Positions 1 through 12,455 are shown, numbered from the whole stretch's first letter. The stretch: DNA of 57,922 nt, filler included, from Sphacelaria rigidula (GCA_964200075.2; 9 parts of 9 records of this genome joined end to end with filler, not necessarily neighbours in it); one strand, 5' to 3'. A program made the numbers and translations. The notes: generated by a model from the sequence alone, not told the origin.

Positions 1-82
1 TGTTATGCTCTTGCCCACCCCCCTTTTATGTGCCCCCCCGCTTCCTTTTTTTTTTTTTTCTCGTGTTTTTTGTGCTTCACAG

Positions 83-180
83 CCGCCGGTGACCCCTTGG
101 ACCTGTCCACGATGCAGGGATGGGCGTCGGAAACAAGTCAAGGTCGGCCGATCGCCACACAGCACGAAAAAGAGCACTAG
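83..180 (+). CDS. Possible terminal exon of an unknown gene (AGDPLDLSTMQGWASETSQGRPIATQHEKEH*)
   Basis: Long pyrimidine tract and CAG acceptor at 80-82, open to TAG at 178-180. No homology recognised. Confidence 0.3.
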
Positions 181-2497
181 ATAGAGAGCATCACTTTTGA
201 TGAACACACGGGAATAGTGCTCGTCTTCTTGTCGTTCATTTCTTGATCGTTGACTTTCTTCGTTATATTTTTCTTCTTAGTTTTTCTTTTTTTCATTGTG
301 TGTATGTGAATACGTGTGTGTATTTTTTTTCCGCCGTTTTTCACCGTTCAGGTACACTTTTACGAAATCGTACCTTTCTCTGGTAGGAAGTACAAAAGTC
401 TTGTACAGTATTCGACTGACGAGAGGCCATTTTAGACAGCTGTAATACCATCGCCACTTGCAGCATTAGGCCCGAACAGGTGTTGGGAGGTATATGGAAG
501 GGCGGGGGGGGGGGGGGGGGGGGAGCGTGCTACGAACAATTCTGGAGGGAAGACAAATACACACCCCGTTCAGTGGATAATTCAGTTGATATGTTGGAAC
601 ATAACGTTTGTGTTCATGAAAATGTTTGTGGGTGTTTGAAAAATAAAACGTTTGATTCCCTCGAAAGTGCTGTACGATAACTTCCGTCATATGATCAGGA
701 TATATCAGGAGATTGAAGGCGGGGTGTGAGGAAACCTGCTATCCATCCTTTCGGGACTGGAGGTTTGCCCATAATGACTGACTGAATGAAACCTGTGTTG
801 AACATTGACCGTTAATTTATTCATGATGTATATCATGACAATAATTGGAAATATACATGTATGACTGTCGCAAAAAAGTGTGCACGTGTGAGAGGACTCG
901 AGTCGCTCATTTCCGGGCAGGTGTGTGTGTGTGTGTTTGTTTGTGTGTCTTGTGTGGGAAGGGGGGTTGGCGGCGAGAGGAGTCCGATGTTGCTCGGTGG
1001 TCGTTAGCACAGCTAAAAGTAACTTACTGGTTTTTAGTTAGCTGACGCCACTTTTGTGACTCCGTGGTGTATATACACCAAGCTATTTTTAGAAACGACG
1101 CATGCTATTTTTCTCGAAGGTGGAGGCAGTAAATAACAACCTCGAAACATTTTCTCCTCATTGACACTTTCGCGTGCTGGCAACGTCGAAAGGAAGAGGA
1201 CATACATGGTTTCTTGCCGGTGTTCTAGATCGCTCCCCTCCCCCCTGCGTACTCCCCCCCCGGGTACGTCGATCCGGGAGCAATGATGGATTCTGTCGGG
1301 TCGTCGGGGATGTGAGCGTACCCGATTTGGGAGGGGCCGCACTGGCGCCGTCACTGTGACAGTGTGCCTCCGGTAGCTGAAAGATACAGCCAATTTGTCG
1401 GCATTTGGGGACACAAGTTGGCGTGCCTCGGCATGAAGTGGTGTGTCTGTGAACGTGGCGGATCAAAATTGCGTAGCGGGAGAGAGCTCGAATACAATGG
1501 CGTCGCCACCTATCTCTTGGCGTCATCTTTCCCTCCTCTCTCCTACTCCCCCTCCCTGCCTACCCCCCGGCCCAAGCTTGCGGTCGACATGATATGTCGG
1601 GCAGAGCGAGGCTGCAAAAGAACACTTCCTCGTTCGTGGTTACTCTGTAATATACCAGCGTCCCATTTCTAAGACACATGGGCACATTACTTTTATCTGC
1701 TTTGGGGTGTGCAGGGTCGGTCCGTAATCACGGTTTGGTGTTGAAGTGATTACACAAGAGGAGACCGACCGATAATGATGGTCAAGTGGAGGCTGTTGAT
1801 CATCTGCGCGTGGGGTAGGGAGGAGGGGGGTTGTTTGCATTGTTATTTTGTATTGAGCTCTGAGTTTTCAACGTACGGAATGTACGGGGGTGACGGAGGA
1901 TGATGAATCAACGATTCGTAGTGTCGTATGGAATATTTTGTTTGTAATTTTGTTTGGAGAAGGAGGGGCTGGGGGGGGTTTTAAGCAGGGGAGGGCCGAT
2001 GCAGTCATTGGTGATGAATGGCGATTGCTGTAATTTCGTACACATGGAGTAAGTGGGGTAGATCATAGGGGGTCATTGTCGTGGAGTTTTGTGTTGCATG
2101 TTGTGGCATCACGATGAGCCATAAATTGGTTGCATACCGCGCGATTCATGTGGCTGAAGAAAAATACTCTCAACTCTGTACTACTGTAGGAGAACCGCCA
2201 CTTGGGAGGTTTGTGTGACGGTGCTCACTTTAAAATTTGCGTACGTAGTGAACAACCGTTTCGAGGAAAGAAAATGAGACTTTTTAATCCAAAATGAGGG
2301 CGTGTCCCGCTCTTCGCATCGCCGCGCGCTGGCGCCACGCACTGGCGAAATGTATGGCGTGTTCGGTCTTGACGCGTGACTCCACCGTCCATGTTCGCAG
2401 TGATGGGTGCTGTGCTGTCCTCCACTGCTGTACTGATCCGACACTGATTGTACTAAATGGCCGTCTTCCGATGTTGGATAACAACAAAGGGGAAGAA

Positions 2498-2921
2498 CAC
2501 GGGATTTTACAAGGTGGGGATGGATCTTTCAATTGGGGATGAAAACCCGGATAATTAAAATCTTCGTATCCACACCAAATCTTCGAAGTATGCTTCCATT
2601 TCTTCACTTGCTGGGAGCTATTGACAACTACTACACGCAATACAAATCTAGATTTCGATAACCGAAATGTCGGGGTCTCAGATGAAGAAATATTTATGGG
2701 GGATTTCAGGTACCCGGACGCCAAAATTGGTTTTTCACCCAGGACGCCGATATTTCGGTTATCGAAATCCAAATTACTATGGCGTGTAGTAGTGGTCAAA
2801 AGCTATCAGCAAGTGGAGAAATTGAAGCATACTTCGAAAATTCGGTGTGGATACGAAGATTTTAATTCTCCGGGTTTTCATCCCCAATTAAGGATCCATC
2901 CCCTATTTGTGAAATCCCGTA
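2498..2921. mobile_element. Fold-back MITE, ~190-bp imperfect inverted arms, terminus CACGGGATT
   Basis: The left arm from 2498 is the reverse complement of the arm ending at 2921 (about 85% by eye). A related terminus (cacgggagttcacacattagggatggatc) lies at 14441 on another contig. Confidence 0.85.
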
Positions 2922-4056
2922 CCGAAGGCTGTCCACACCACACGACAAACTCGTAAAATAACTAGTGCATGGTTTACATGTACAAAATGCTCATGCTGCT
3001 GACCTGTACCGTAAGCGAAATCCAACACGAAATCCGAGGGAGACCAAGAAACCTTGCCCAATGGGCAAGGAGGACCCTAAGGGCAGCACACAAACCTGCG
3101 CCGTGCGGCGGCGATTTGAGCAAAAATGCGTGCTACGTCCATGCTGTCGACTGCTTGTGGCCGTCAGGCCTCCAGATATGGGAATCTCGAAGGCAATATA
3201 TTCAAGTGCGAGTAAGGGTCGTCATAAAAGGCATTCGTTTTTCATCCGTTTTCATCCATGTGGATGTGGACGAAAACTGTGATAGTGAAGCCCATTTAAC
3301 CCTTTGACCGCGAGGGTATGCCACCTGCTGAATCGCCATCAATGTTCGCTTGGAAAAAGTATGCGTGATCCAGATGGACTACCCGCAACGCAGTCTAGAA
3401 GTCAACGACCCCAAACGGGGTGGTTGGTACAGTGCTGCCCATCTTTTGAAATATTCAGGAAATGAGGGAATCGTCTAAGCTAGAATCGTCTAGAAATCGG
3501 AGGACCATTTTTCACTCGCTGCCATCATTCTCCTATTTTTTCAGTCAACTTCCCCTTGTTCAAGCGTTTCTCGCGATTCTCCCACGGGAGGGCTCCGGCA
3601 CGTTCCAGCGGCGGTTGTGCTGTTTTCATGCATGATGTACAAATAAGGCCACATTTTTTCATCGGGTCACCGCACACTTGTCATTTTGCTTGTAGTGCGA
3701 GGGAACAGTCATCAATGTGATAGATTGCTGACTGACTGCGTGACTCGGTCAATGAAAGGAAGGGTGTGCTGTGTGAGTGTTAGTGTTACTACCTGGATGC
3801 CCTGCTCAAGACGCGCATGGGATGAAACCAGATCTTTTCAAAAACGTGACTTTCCATCAAAGAAAAATATCCTACATCATTTGCACACCAAACAATACCC
3901 TTGTTGAAACATGAGTTTGACAGGTAGTGGGTTAGATGATTTTGCATGATATAAATCATGGGTGGAGTAAGGAGCCTATTTGGCCGCCACCATCGCCGGT
4001 GCTTATCTTATTTTCGAAATGATCGAGATTGACTGTTGACAGGCTCTTGACATAAT

Positions 4057-4434
4057 CACGAGATTAGGAACGTTTTTTTTTCGAAATGGGAGGTTTTTGC
4101 CGACTTACACCACGACGGTCAATCGTTCGAAACGGCCGTCACCCCCTGAAAGCCCGTGATATGGCGGGAATTTTGGCGCAAGCAGATTTGGAGACAGTGA
4201 CGCCAACCCATATACGGCCGAAAATGTGCAAGTCTTTTTTCTTCTTGTACACATCCTCCCTCATAATAGCGCTGCGATGAATACGTCGATTTCAAATATT
4301 TTTGCACGATCATGCCCGTCAGATGGCAGGATTTCAGGGGAGTGACGGTCATTTCGGACGATTCGACCGTCTGGCGTCAAATGCGAAAAACCTCCCGTTT
4401 CGAAAAAAAATGTGTTCCCACGAATAATCTCACG
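4057..4434. mobile_element. Fold-back MITE with CACGAGATT-type termini
   Basis: ttttttcgaaatgggaggtttttgc...gacggtcaatcgttcgaaa pairs with tttcggacgattcgaccgtc...gcgaaaaacctcccgtttcgaaaaaa. Confidence 0.75.
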
Positions 4435-5030
4435 AACATGTTTTGAATGCTGCGTGTTTGTTTCCCGCCTCAATCACGTACGGTCACTATATTGTCCCGC
4501 ATGCCCAATTGCACCGCAAAAAGGGAGTTGCAGTCGTGGTGAGAAGGGGTGTAAAGTGTTGCATGAGATGAGTGGAGGGCATGATGGAGGTGATGATCAA
4601 CAGAGGTACAGCGGTAGGAGGAGGAAGAATGGGTGAGAAGGGGTGGGCGGGAGCAGAGGGCGCCGGAGTACAAGGAACACCAGATGTGTCGAGGTTTGTT
4701 TGGTGCATGGTCTCCGTTGAAAACGAACTGATTCTTGTAGTTGCAACTCAAACAGAGCATTATCCGTGTCCGGGACGCCCGCACGATCATAGCATGTAGA
4801 CACCGGGAGCGATACTATTACAGCTCTGCCATTCCGGCGTCTAAACCGTCAGTAATTATGCAATTACTGTGAGATTACCAGTCCAACCGGTAACTCCTGC
4901 GAGGAAAAACGAAAACAACCGGATGTGTGAACGAGGGACAGATTTGAGCCGCAGATGTGTTTTTTGTACACTTGTCTCAATTGAGCAGAAGAAGTAGTAC
5001 ATTCCAAAAGTTTCACACGTAGGACAGCTC

Positions 5031-5598
5031 ATGAGCTAGCTCATCTGCGGGCGGTAGCTCATTTATTGTCAAACATGTACATGTGAGCTACGTCCGATAG
5101 CTCAACACAAGGTAAACGTGCGCTGACGAGCTACGAGTTGGTAGCTCACCCAGGACAAACATGCGTAGCTCATGCAGCTCTCATAGCTCACCCAGGGCGA
5201 ATATGAGCTGATGAGCCACGGGTTGGTAGCTCAGTCAGGGCAAACATGCACAGCTCATGCAGCTCTCATAGCTCACTCAGGACGAATCTGCGCTGATGTG
5301 CTACGGGTTGGTAGCTCACCTGTCGCAAACGTGCGTAGCTCATACAGCTCCCATAGCTTACCCAGGGCGAATATGAGCTGATGAGCTACGGGTTGGTAGC
5401 TCACCCAGGGCAAACATGTACAGCTCATGTAGCTCTCACAGCTCATCCAGAGAAAACATGCGCGGATCAGCCACGTCCGGTAGCTCACCCCAGGCAAACA
5501 TGTGTAGCTCACCTAGCTCTTGTAGCTCCCTCCGGAAACATATGTGTAGCTCACGCCGCTCTTCCAGCTCACCCAGGGAAAACATATGCCCATGAGCT
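5031..5598. repeat. 85-bp minisatellite (~6 copies) rich in AGCTCA/TGAGCT
   Basis: Units start at 5128, 5213, 5298, 5383 and 5468. Each is made of two related ~42-bp halves. Confidence 0.9.
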
Positions 5599-6273
5599 AA
5601 AACACAGACACAGGATCAACCGCGAACGCCTCTGCGGTCGCGCGCCCCCTCAAATCGTTGCCGCATGAACTGCTTGCTGTCTGACACCCTCGGTTCTACC
5701 GATATGTGGGCTGCCACAAGCGAATGCTTCAAGCCTTTGCTGTATAACGAGGCATATTTTCCCGACTTTTCGGGCTTCCCCGATAAAAATTATTGTTCCC
5801 CTTACCCCCCCGCCCCCGCCCCGATGTTTCTAAAATACAAATAGTGCTGAAAAATATGTCCGACGGTCGAGTTTTGGAGCACAACAGTAGTAGAAATGTA
5901 GTAGGGGTCCCGATACATGAGTGTCCTCACGGTTGAGGGGACTCTTGTTGTGCTTCTAGCCTGGTTATCAGGTCAGCTTGAGAGGGCGAGACTTAATTGT
6001 TGAAGCTTTTTTTCTGCATTTTTTTACGGCGGGCGGGATGGCCAAAATCTGTCACCGTTTGCACTTTCTTCAGATTCAGGGCTAGTTCTTGATCTACTCT
6101 TCTTGGAACCAATCTCAAGCGTTTGCAGATACCGCACGTGCAGTGTCTGCCGCCTTATTTTTGCCCAAAGTCCGCTCTCGAAACCTCGGAGCCAAGCGAA
6201 CCGGAAGAGTGAGCTAGGCTTTCTTTCGGTCGGGCTTCGCAAAGTGTCCCAAGACGTGTGATGACGACGTTCA

Positions 6274-6347
6274 ACAGTGTTTTCGTGAGATTGAGAGTAG
6301 ATGATACGATTGAGAGTGAAGAGCGGTCAATGAGTGAATGAATCATT
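6274..6347 (+). repeat. Arm of the fold-back family also seen at 57110-57415, cut by the contig end
   Basis: ttttcgtgagattgagagtagatgatacgattgagagtgaagagcggtcaa matches 57120-57170. Confidence 0.75.
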
Positions 6348-6447
6348 NNNNNNNNNNNNNNNNNNNNNNNNNNNNNNNNNNNNNNNNNNNNTTAATTAAT
6401 TAANNNNNNNNNNNNNNNNNNNNNNNNNNNNNNNNNNNNNNNNNNNN
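6348..6447. other. Artificial contig spacer (44N-TTAATTAATTAA-44N); identical spacers at 12795-12894, 19242-19341, 25689-25788, 32136-32235, 38583-38682, 45030-45129, 51477-51576
   Basis: Eight identical 100-bp spacers occur exactly every 6447 bp. TTAATTAATTAA gives stop codons in all six frames. Confidence 0.98.
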
Positions 6448-6604
6448 TATTACTATTACTATTACTATTACTATTACTATTACTATTACTATTACTATTA
6501 CTATTACTATTACTATTACTATTACTATTACTATTACTATTACTATTACTATTACTATTACTATTACTATTACTTTTACTATTACTATTACTATTACTAT
6601 TATT
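6448..6604. repeat. (TACTAT)n microsatellite
   Basis: About 25 near-perfect hexamers at the contig start. Confidence 0.97.
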
Positions 6605-6761
6605 GTGGTCGTCACATTAGCTCCATCTCTCGAACCCGTGGTCACAGAGTGCAAGGGTCACCGTTTGTTATTTCTCTTCTCGGATGCCGTGCAATGAAAT
6701 GACAAACCTTGGCATGGTTCATTTGACTGATATCGATTAATTGTCATTTTCCATTTAAGTG

Positions 6762-6855
6762 ATCCCCCAGGTAGTCATGATCCAGTCGTAGTCATTGTCC
6801 ATAAGATAGACGTACGCGAGACAAAACAAAGCTGAAAAACTCGCTGAAGAAAAGT
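6762..6855 (+). repeat. Dispersed repeat; second copy at ~9839-9925
   Basis: ccccagg..gtcatgatc.ag.cgt...acgtac...agac.aaacaaa.ctgaa..actcgctg.aga is shared by both loci. Confidence 0.65.
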
Positions 6856-7527
6856 GAAGAAGAGAAGCGGTGGCATATATCTGCTCAATCACTTCAAGAT
6901 GTGGTGGGTATGTGTTGCGTCATATTCAGAAAACTTTTCACCACGCAAGTGGCAATCGAGATTTGAGGTTTGGGGTTTGGGGTTTGGCAGTTCGGCATTA
7001 AGCGTCCTGCCCGTATGTAAGTCTATCTTTATTTTTTTTCATTTTTCGTCATTCGATGGCCAGCCGTCGACCTACACGCTATGATCGAAATACGGAAAAT
7101 TAGGGCTGGGCTGGGGTGTGAAGTTGAAACGTTTGCACTACGGTAGAGTGTAGAGCTCAGTGTACAGTAGAGTGGTATATAATGGTATGAGCATCTCTGT
7201 CTTATGGCCGCCATAATGAAATTGGTGGAAACTATAGCCGGTAACGGCAAAGCGCGAATAAACTGGATTACTGACGCCGCCGTCGTCAGTTCCAGTTTAA
7301 TTCCATTTCCAGTTTAAACGGCATTATTAACTGGTCCAGTTCACAGCCCTTTTTTCGTTTATTTTCCTATTTTCATGTCTGTTCTTGTTGGTGTTTTATT
7401 TTCTTGTGCTACGAATCGCCGTGCCCCGGCGGTTGAACTGGTCCAATATGGAAAGCCGATTTTTGGCGGTGCAGTAGTACTGTAGTGGGTTTGAATTGAT
7501 TTCTCGCTACCGTGGTGGACAGCATGA

Positions 7528-8798
7528 GGCCGCTCCTTATAACAGACGAAAATAAAAATAAGGAAAAGTGCTCTCTTGGTGCGTCTACATCGTTTTATGC
7601 CCTACAAGAGAGCTAGGCAGAGTTTGACACCTCGGAATGACTTGCTCTACTAGTTGAGGCGGTTCCAGGACATCTTCCCGTTTTCCGGTGGCCGCAGTTT
7701 TAATCTTGGCCAAACAAGTTTTTTTTGTGACGGTCAAGGTCAGAGAAAAATGGCGATTTTTTCTAGATTTGGCCGTTGTTGAACGTTCTTGGACAAAAAA
7801 TCTTGTTATGCCAAAATACAAACTGCGGCAGCTGGAGAACGGGAAGATGTCCTGGAACTACCTCAACGAGTAGAGCAAGTTATTTCAAGGCGTCAAACTC
7901 CGCCTAACTCTCTTGTAGGGTGTAAAACGACGTAAAAGCTCTGAAAAAGCACTTTTCCAGATTTTTGTTTATCTGTTTGACGACCTTGTATGGCAACCAA
8001 TCCGTGTTTGTACAAGTATGAAGGGACCTGAAGAAATGTACTTATACAACTGTTGGTACTATGGAGATGCCGCCAACCCTAACGCTAACCCTAATCCTAA
8101 CCCCTACCAAGGCATACCGAGAACCCTCGGGGTAGGGGGGTGCAAAGTGTTCCCCAGGCGAAGTGTGCGTTGCCAGAGCTCAAATCGACGCATTTCAGCC
8201 GATTTGGGGCCAAAACACGTGCTGGACGAGCTGAATCTATTGCCCACCACTATTCACCTGCCCCAGATCATAAATTTCTCATAAATTTCTTCATTCTGAA
8301 ATCAAGTAAAATCGAGTACCAACCATTGTTGACGTACATTTCGTAAGGTCTACTGAAGTATGAGGATTTCAGCCCGTCTACAGCGGATTTTCTCCCGTCG
8401 ATTGATTTTTCGGACCCCAGTTTGTTGGGCAGTGTTTTTTGCCTAGCTCTGAGGAAAGTAGATTGATGCTCTGATAATCTGTGCGGTGCCGTTTCGTTCA
8501 TCATCACCTCTCTCCTCAGATCGGGAGACTCCCGCATCTCCCCCGATTTTGGTCCCAGATTCGGGGGAGATGCGGGAGTCTCCCGATCTGAGCAGAAAGG
8601 GGATGAGCCAAAAGTCATCGCCCAAAGAATCGGAGAGTTAATCTGGCTTTCTCAGAGCTAGGCGAAAAACATTGCCCAACAAACTGGGGTCCGAAAAAAC
8701 CATCCACGGGAGAAAATCCGCTGTAAACGGGCTGAAATCCTCATATTTGTACAAATACGGATTGGTTGCCATACAAGCTGGTCTCATAAGGAGCGGCC
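7528..8798. mobile_element. Composite PIF/Harbinger-like non-autonomous element (13-bp TIR GGCCGCTCCTTAT, TGA TSD) containing two long hairpins and a nested MITE
   Basis: tga|ggccgctccttat ... ataaggagcggcc|tga. Hairpin A spans 7541-7977. Hairpin B arms are 7986-8020 plus 8356-8550 versus 8556-8778. Superfamily assignment rests on the 3-bp TNA TSD only. Confidence 0.75.
8021..8355. mobile_element. MITE nested in hairpin B; 8-bp TSD AAGTATGA (hAT-like); internal telomere-like tract
   Basis: aagtatga at 8013-8020 and 8356-8363. Imperfect ~35-bp TIRs gacctgaagaaatgtac...gttggtact / agtaccaac...gtacatttcgtaaggtc. aaccctaacgctaaccctaatcctaacccc at 8075-8104. Confidence 0.75.
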
Positions 8799-8902
8799 TG
8801 AGGATGTGATATAACGGGAACATCGGCGATGGAACGACGACGGGCCGCGAGAGTGATGAGTCATGATATACGATGCCTGTTGAAACGTTGCAAGGGAGGT
8901 AC

Positions 8903-8990
8903 TGTTGTTGTTGTTGTTGTTGTTGTCTTCACATTAAAACCCGTTCCGATATCTGCGCAGTACTCTGTACCAGGCATCTGATGCGGACGC
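8903..8990 (-). mobile_element. 3' end of a (CAA)n-tailed non-LTR retroposon (RTE-like LINE/SINE)
   Basis: Minus strand reads ...gatatcggaacgggttttaatgtgaagac(aac)n. A near-identical end lies at 44957-45029. Confidence 0.65.
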
Positions 8991-10504
8991 CTTCCGTGGT
9001 CACAGGCTAACTACCCCAAGCTAGGGTACAAGAAAAATCTTGAAAATATATCGGGCCCAAAAACAATTCACACAGGTGCGATAAAATAGAAAAAAACAAA
9101 CACAAATCAAAAAAAAATACCAAGGAAAAAAAAAAAAAAGGAACGAAAAGGGAATACTGCTTAATTTGGGTTTTTTGGGTTTCATTTTTTCTTTTACAAG
9201 CTGAAGGCGAGCTTAAAAATTGTGACAAGCTCATGATGTGCTTGAAACGAGCAGAAAGTTGCGATACATTTTTATGCGCCTCCTCCAGCCATTGCAGCAG
9301 CTGTCTGAAAGTGCCCCCTATGGCCTATGGCGTGACTCGTCACCCGTCAACAGACAGGTTTCAATACTCCAAACTGCCATGGTTGCGGGTCTGATCCGAA
9401 AACGTTCAATGATTAGAAAAAAAAGTCATATTTTTCAATAAAAAAACAGTTTTTGAACATCGAACACCCAAAATTGTCACCCTCTCCTCGTGCTTGAAGG
9501 CTCGCCTCGTGAGGGGATACTGCCACAACGCCACAACAAGGACGCGAAGTAAGCGCATAAAGTGGGGCTTGAAATAAGGTGGCAAAGCATATTTATATTT
9601 GAAAAAAAGAAGGAGTATAGCGGAAGGGAAAAAAACGCGCATACGAAGCTAAAGCCTAACTGCCAGCCCTCTAAGTTCCGATGTCATATGCGACCATTCG
9701 GGCTGCTGGAGGCAGGGCACATTGGCCCACTCAACACGCGAGGCCAAACTGGAAGTGAACCAAACTCGAGAGCCACGATCACCAGTAGGTACTATGATTT
9801 GATTCGATTTTGATCATTTAATTGTTACACTTTAAGTAGCTCCCCAGGGGTCATGATCTAGCCGTGATCACATGATACACGTACTCAAGACCAAACAAAA
9901 CTGAATCACTCGCTGCAGAAAAAAAAAAAAAAACTAGAACAGAACAACAGAATAGCCCAAGGCGTGAAAAAAAAAAATACTGCATACCGGACAAGAAATG
10001 AGGTTCATTAGTTTGGACTGCAGGCTCGTCCTGAAGAAGGAAAGACGGGTGGAGGAACGGGGATGTACTCATTTGTTGCTTGCCTTGGTCATTTGACCGT
10101 TGACCACGCATCCCACTCGAGACGGGGGAAGGGGGAATATGATGGCAAATATATATATATATATATGACATGAGATATTTTTTTACAATGGTGCTTTTTA
10201 ACGCTTCGAACGCCGCCAGATGAACACAATGGATGGTCGAAAGCGGTCAAGTCGTTGTGAATTATGACGAAAAGCCTTCGATGATCAATTAATACGTGGA
10301 GGTCATCATCCATTGCCTTGTTCTTTGTTCATAAGGGTTGGAGTCCCCGTTCCCCCTACTACCCCAGCAACCGTGGGCATCAGACGCGCGCGTCATCAAA
10401 ACCGTGGTTTTTTCGTGTGTAAAAAAATAGTCAGTACAGCTTTCTTTGAGTTTTATTCATTTCTTGTTCATTTATTATTCATTTTTTTTTTTGTCGCACT
10501 TTGA

Positions 10505-10570
10505 ACCCCTTCCCTTCCTCGGGACGAGTCCGTGGCCTAAAAGCGATCAACTCATCCATCCCCGGTACAG
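10505..10570 (+). repeat. Short dispersed repeat; copies at ~37752-37812, ~48441-48503 and ~54498-54563
   Basis: Shared pattern ccctt/cc...gacgagtccgt....gggatcaacccatc.ctcc..ggtac on four contigs. Confidence 0.6.
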
Positions 10571-11330
10571 TACAGTAACAAAATATAATTCATCACGCCT
10601 GGGTTCCTCGGGGATCAATCAGTTAATGTGCAACGCACCCTAAACAATCAATGACATTGTGAAAAAATGTACTGCGTATATGTCTAGGATTACGTGTGAA
10701 CGCTCCCGTGCAAGCGGGTCAATTAGACCTACTCTTGAAACAGTACACTTCACAAAACCCTTCAGCTCTACTTCACCCTGCGACATATTTCATTTTCGAA
10801 AGCTTGATGACACAGTGCAATGTTTTTCCATCACCGGTCACCATCGACAAGGGCGAGATTCGACATTGTAAAAGACTGTACTGCTTATAGTATGAAATGT
10901 ATTGTCTAATTCAATAGATGCAATACGATACTGTACGCAGTATCCTTTTTGGCGAACAATAGAAACCAAATCGGTGGTATCAATTGATCAGCCATTGCCC
11001 GTTTGTCCCCTGCTGCGTTGTTGCGTTGCTTTTTTCTGCTCTTTTTTTGGGAGGGGAATCGTGACGTGGTGTCCGTTACAGAAAGCCTTTTATAGACAGT
11101 GACGGATGGGTCGACTGTACGATGATTGATTATATCGATCCTTGGGGTCATAATCCAATTCTCTGATGCTTTAACGGGGTTGGTGGTTCGCCCATGGGCG
11201 TAGGTATTGTACACCGTGCCAATAAATCATCGCATATTGCAAACCGCCCCGTGTCTTAATCCCTGATCAATGGGGTATCCCTTCTCTGCCCTTGCTTGCA
11301 AGCTCCCCCCCACCCCCACCCCCACCCCCA

Positions 11331-11374
11331 CGAGGTCAATGGTGTTATGACTATGACAATCATGATCATGAGTA
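11331..11374 (+). mobile_element. 5'-truncated copy of the C-tract-targeting family (3' end CATGATCATGAGTA)
   Basis: cgaggtcaatggtgttatgactatgacaatcatgatcatgagta matches 25334-25377. C-rich on both sides. Confidence 0.8.
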
Positions 11375-11435
11375 CTCCTCCCTTCCTCCCCACGCCGCCG
11401 GTGCCTTTCCCAAACTGTCTCTGGTTTGTGAGCAG

Positions 11436-11526
11436 TGCGGATGGCACAGAAACGGTCAAGATTACTTATTCGTTGAGGAGGCAGGACGTGGTGCGCATCG
11501 ACGCCAAGTCGCTCAAGAAGGCGAAG
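11436..11526 (+). CDS. Internal exon of an unknown protein (ADGTETVKITYSLRRQDVVRIDAKSLKKAK)
   Basis: CAG acceptor, AAG|gtag donor, coding-like codon use. Phase 0 matches the next exon. Confidence 0.55.
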
Positions 11527-12455
11527 GTAGCACCCAAGGTGATTTTTCGCTAACCTTCCCTGAAATATAAAGGTACAAGGAGAAATATGTGTTGGTAGTA
11601 CCTACTCCCGGTGTCCCCCCCAAAAAATAAAGAAAAAATAAGGATAAGGGCTAGAGTGATGCTGCGCTACGAGTGCACGAATATTTTCTGGGGTTGGAAT
11701 TGTTAGGAGCCCTGTATCTCCTCCAAACACAACTTCTGGAATATGTTAGAGTACGCCAGGATTACTCTTCCAACAACGTGCTATACTAGGAATATCCCGA
11801 ATGAATTTGCAAACGGGGATACCCTGACCCATGTTCTTGTGCACCTAAAATCCTCAGGAGCCCCTGAACCAGACAAAAATCTGCGCAAAAAGGGCACCCC
11901 TACCGTACCATTGCTCGTTGGTTAGGTAGGAGAATAGTGAGAACTAGAAACTAGGGTCATTATCCAAAGCAATATCTGTGGGCGAAGGGTTGGTTGCTCT
12001 ATTGGCGGACGATAGCATTATGTGCGACAGAAATAAACGTTCGTGTTAGATTGTCAGTCAACACGTTTTTGTGCACGGAACTGTTGATCAATTCCCCCAC
12101 GTTTTTGGTGTAAAATGGAACATCCAAGGACAGGTCGAGTAGAGTACAATCCATCACGGGGTATTTCGAAAGACGCACTTGAGGTACTGTAATCAAATTA
12201 GGGTAGAGTGGTAGGAATCGTACCCGAAAAGTAACTGGAAAGCGATCCCTAAATACTCCCTACTCCCCGTTTATGCACTTTAAATACGACTTTCAAAATA
12301 CCCAGCAATTGAGTGTACTCTACTCGACCTGCCCTTGGAAACATCGGTGCAGGCAGTTTCTTTTCTTGAGATTCTGCAAGTGATCCCCCGTCTCCCTCCC
12401 CCCCCTCCCGGCCCTGCACTATCTTTCCCCGCCTCATCTCTCCTGCGTTACCAAG

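Noticed and set aside
1225..1378. Minus-strand exon with an in-frame TGA (possible selenocysteine)
   Set aside because: No recognisable selenoprotein motif or SECIS, and the reading frame is ambiguous.
2284..2956. Two similar ORFs on opposite strands (MTTTTR...)
   Set aside because: They are mirror translations of the fold-back arms with no protein motif.
5031..5598. CRISPR array or hammerhead ribozymes (CTGATGAG/CTGACGAG followed by a stem)
   Set aside because: There are no unique spacers, and the stem is followed by TCAC rather than the required GAAA.
6392..6403. Regularly spaced TTAATTAATTAA as a biological repeat or CRISPR-like array
   Set aside because: It is embedded in fixed N padding and is an assembly linker.
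6400..6654. (IV)n hydrophobic ORF
   Set aside because: It is a translation of the TACTAT microsatellite.
10520..10560. Hammerhead-like GACGAGTCCGTG in the short dispersed repeat
   Set aside because: No copy has both the CUGANGA and GAAA cores with closing stems.
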